Assembly: GCA_963749655.1 (NCBI GenBank)
Contig: CAVVOB010000012.1
Location: 192,001-256,000 of the forward strand
DNA: 64,000 bases
Direction: 5' to 3'
From: Nitrospirota bacterium
GTDB lineage: Bacteria > Nitrospirota > UBA9217
Shown here: positions 62,857 through 64,000 of the stretch, piece by piece
How the letters are laid out: every line of letters begins with the position of its first letter
How positions within the stretch are numbered: position 1 is the first letter of the stretch
Translations under genes and position numbers: made by a program
Notes under the pieces: model-generated
The model's input: the letters and a program-made list of their open reading frames with translations, nothing else
Databases searched by the model: none
Told to the model about the DNA's origin: nothing

Positions 62857-64000
62857 ATGGAAAGGAAGGGAACGCATCGGTTCAATCGCGATACTGTGAA
62901 GACCCTGCTCTATGTGGTCGGCGCGATCGCAGGCATTGCGTTCCTCTCGTCCGTCTTCTATAATCCCGTCATTTTTGTCCGGGGCACGGGCTTCGCATTC
63001 GCTCTGTTCGGCCTGTTGCTCCCCTTCGGGATCACCTACGAGCTTTATAACCGCAAGCCCTATGAATCATTGGGAGGAATCAAGGGCAGCGGCTTTGCGC
63101 TGATCCTGTTCTTCGGCATCATGCTTCCCGGCTCCGGGACCGTGGGAATGCCGGGCTTCCTGGAAATAGTCAAGCCCATGCTCTGCCCGACGGGCTTCGA
63201 GGAGATCAAAAGCGACATCGCCGTGCGGCAGTATGACATGCCGGGGCTGGTGCTGACCTTCAACAGAGAGGCTGTGTGCACCGGCGAACTGGGCGATTAT
63301 ACGCCGGGACGGCTGCCCCGGCACCTGGGCGGCATGCTCCTGTATCTCCTCTACTGCGGTATGTACTTTTCCATCGTTGCGCTCGTCTGGAAACAGAAGT
63401 TCATCGTGCTGCACAAGTATGCGGCCCAGGGCATCATCCTTGCTCTCTTCATTCCGCTGTTGTTCGTCACCCTGCTGAACCCTTCTTTCCGCGCTGTCGT
63501 CTCCAAACCAATGAACGCACTGATCTACCGCGGCCATGCCGTATCGCTCGTGGAAGCGGTGAAGCGGCACAAGATCGGGATGATCAAGGAACTCCTGGCG
63601 CGGGGCGGGGACATCCGTGCCGAGGGGCAGGACAATGAGACCGCCTTGACCGTGGCCCAGCGTTATCAGGACAAGGAAGTGCTGAATTTGTTCGCAGGTC
63701 AGATCACCGGCGGGTCGGACAGCAAGAAGGCGCTGCTGGACAAGGGGATCGTATACGATCAAGCGAACTTCGTCAAGCAGGTCGGAGAGCGGGAGCGTCG
63801 GGAACGTCAAGCTGTTCCTGGACGCGGGGTGGACATCAACGCCCTGGTGGCCCTGGTGGAAGGCACGGCGCTGACTGTAGCGGTCTTCAACGGGCGCAAG
63901 GACCTTGCGCGGTTCCTGCTCGACCGGAAGGCCGATGTCAACAAGCCGAGCGAGAAGGAATGGACGCCGCTCATCGCAGCGGCGCTTGCCAGCACCAGGC
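62857..64000 (+). CDS. Membrane protein with ankyrin repeats, runs off the window
   Basis: GGAG RBS; my translation stays open to the end, with about 5 TM helices then ETALTVA, GTALTVAVFNG..DLARFLL..KADVN, WTPLIAA. Confidence 0.8.
   Translation, partial: MERKGTHRFNRDTVKTLLYVVGAIAGIAFLSSVFYNPVIFVRGTGFAFALFGLLLPFGITYELYNRKPYESLGGIKGSGFALILFFGIMLPGSGTVGMPGFLEIVKPMLCPTGFEEIKSDIAVRQYDMPGLVLTFNREAVCTGELGDYTPGRLPRHLGGMLLYLLYCGMYFSIVALVWKQKFIVLHKYAAQGIILALFIPLLFVTLLNPSFRAVVSKPMNALIYRGHAVSLVEAVKRHKIGMIKELLARGGDIRAEGQDNETALTVAQRYQDKEVLNLFAGQITGGSDSKKALLDKGIVYDQANFVKQVGERERRERQAVPGRGVDINALVALVEGTALTVAVFNGRKDLARFLLDRKADVNKPSEKEWTPLIAAALASTR

Overview
A 64 kb chromosomal window from a GC-rich (about 60% by eye) diderm bacterium. 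Gene content and style suggest Nitrospirota or Desulfobacterota; this is inference. Many long genes are split by single-base frameshifts, most likely uncorrected long-read errors, so I report them as reassembled genes. Core genes: xseB-ispA-dxs-tlyA, an Lhr-like helicase, an AmpG-like MFS permease, an AEC transporter and a FAD oxidoreductase. Signalling and envelope genes: a cbrX/cbrA/cbrB-like system interrupted by a GxxExxY nuclease gene, a PTS-EIIA domain fused to a Na+/K+-type (P2C-like) P-ATPase, a receiver domain fused to an apparently intact LpxC, two PAS proteins ending in the same Cys-rich tail, a MalT/BTAD-type regulator, a CFI-box-CTERM surface protein with a partner beta-barrel, and a large NHL-FnIII-transglutaminase-TPR protein. 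Intergenic DNA holds at least five families of short palindromic or periodic repeats. One type flanks the GxxExxY gene as inverted repeats, another sits in frame inside a protein, and a third brackets low-GC single-gene cassettes. I found no rRNA, tRNA, CRISPR array, integrase or transposase. Best candidates for undescribed biology: the REC-LpxC fusion, the EIIA-P2C ATPase fusion, and the GxxExxY/periodic-repeat element family.
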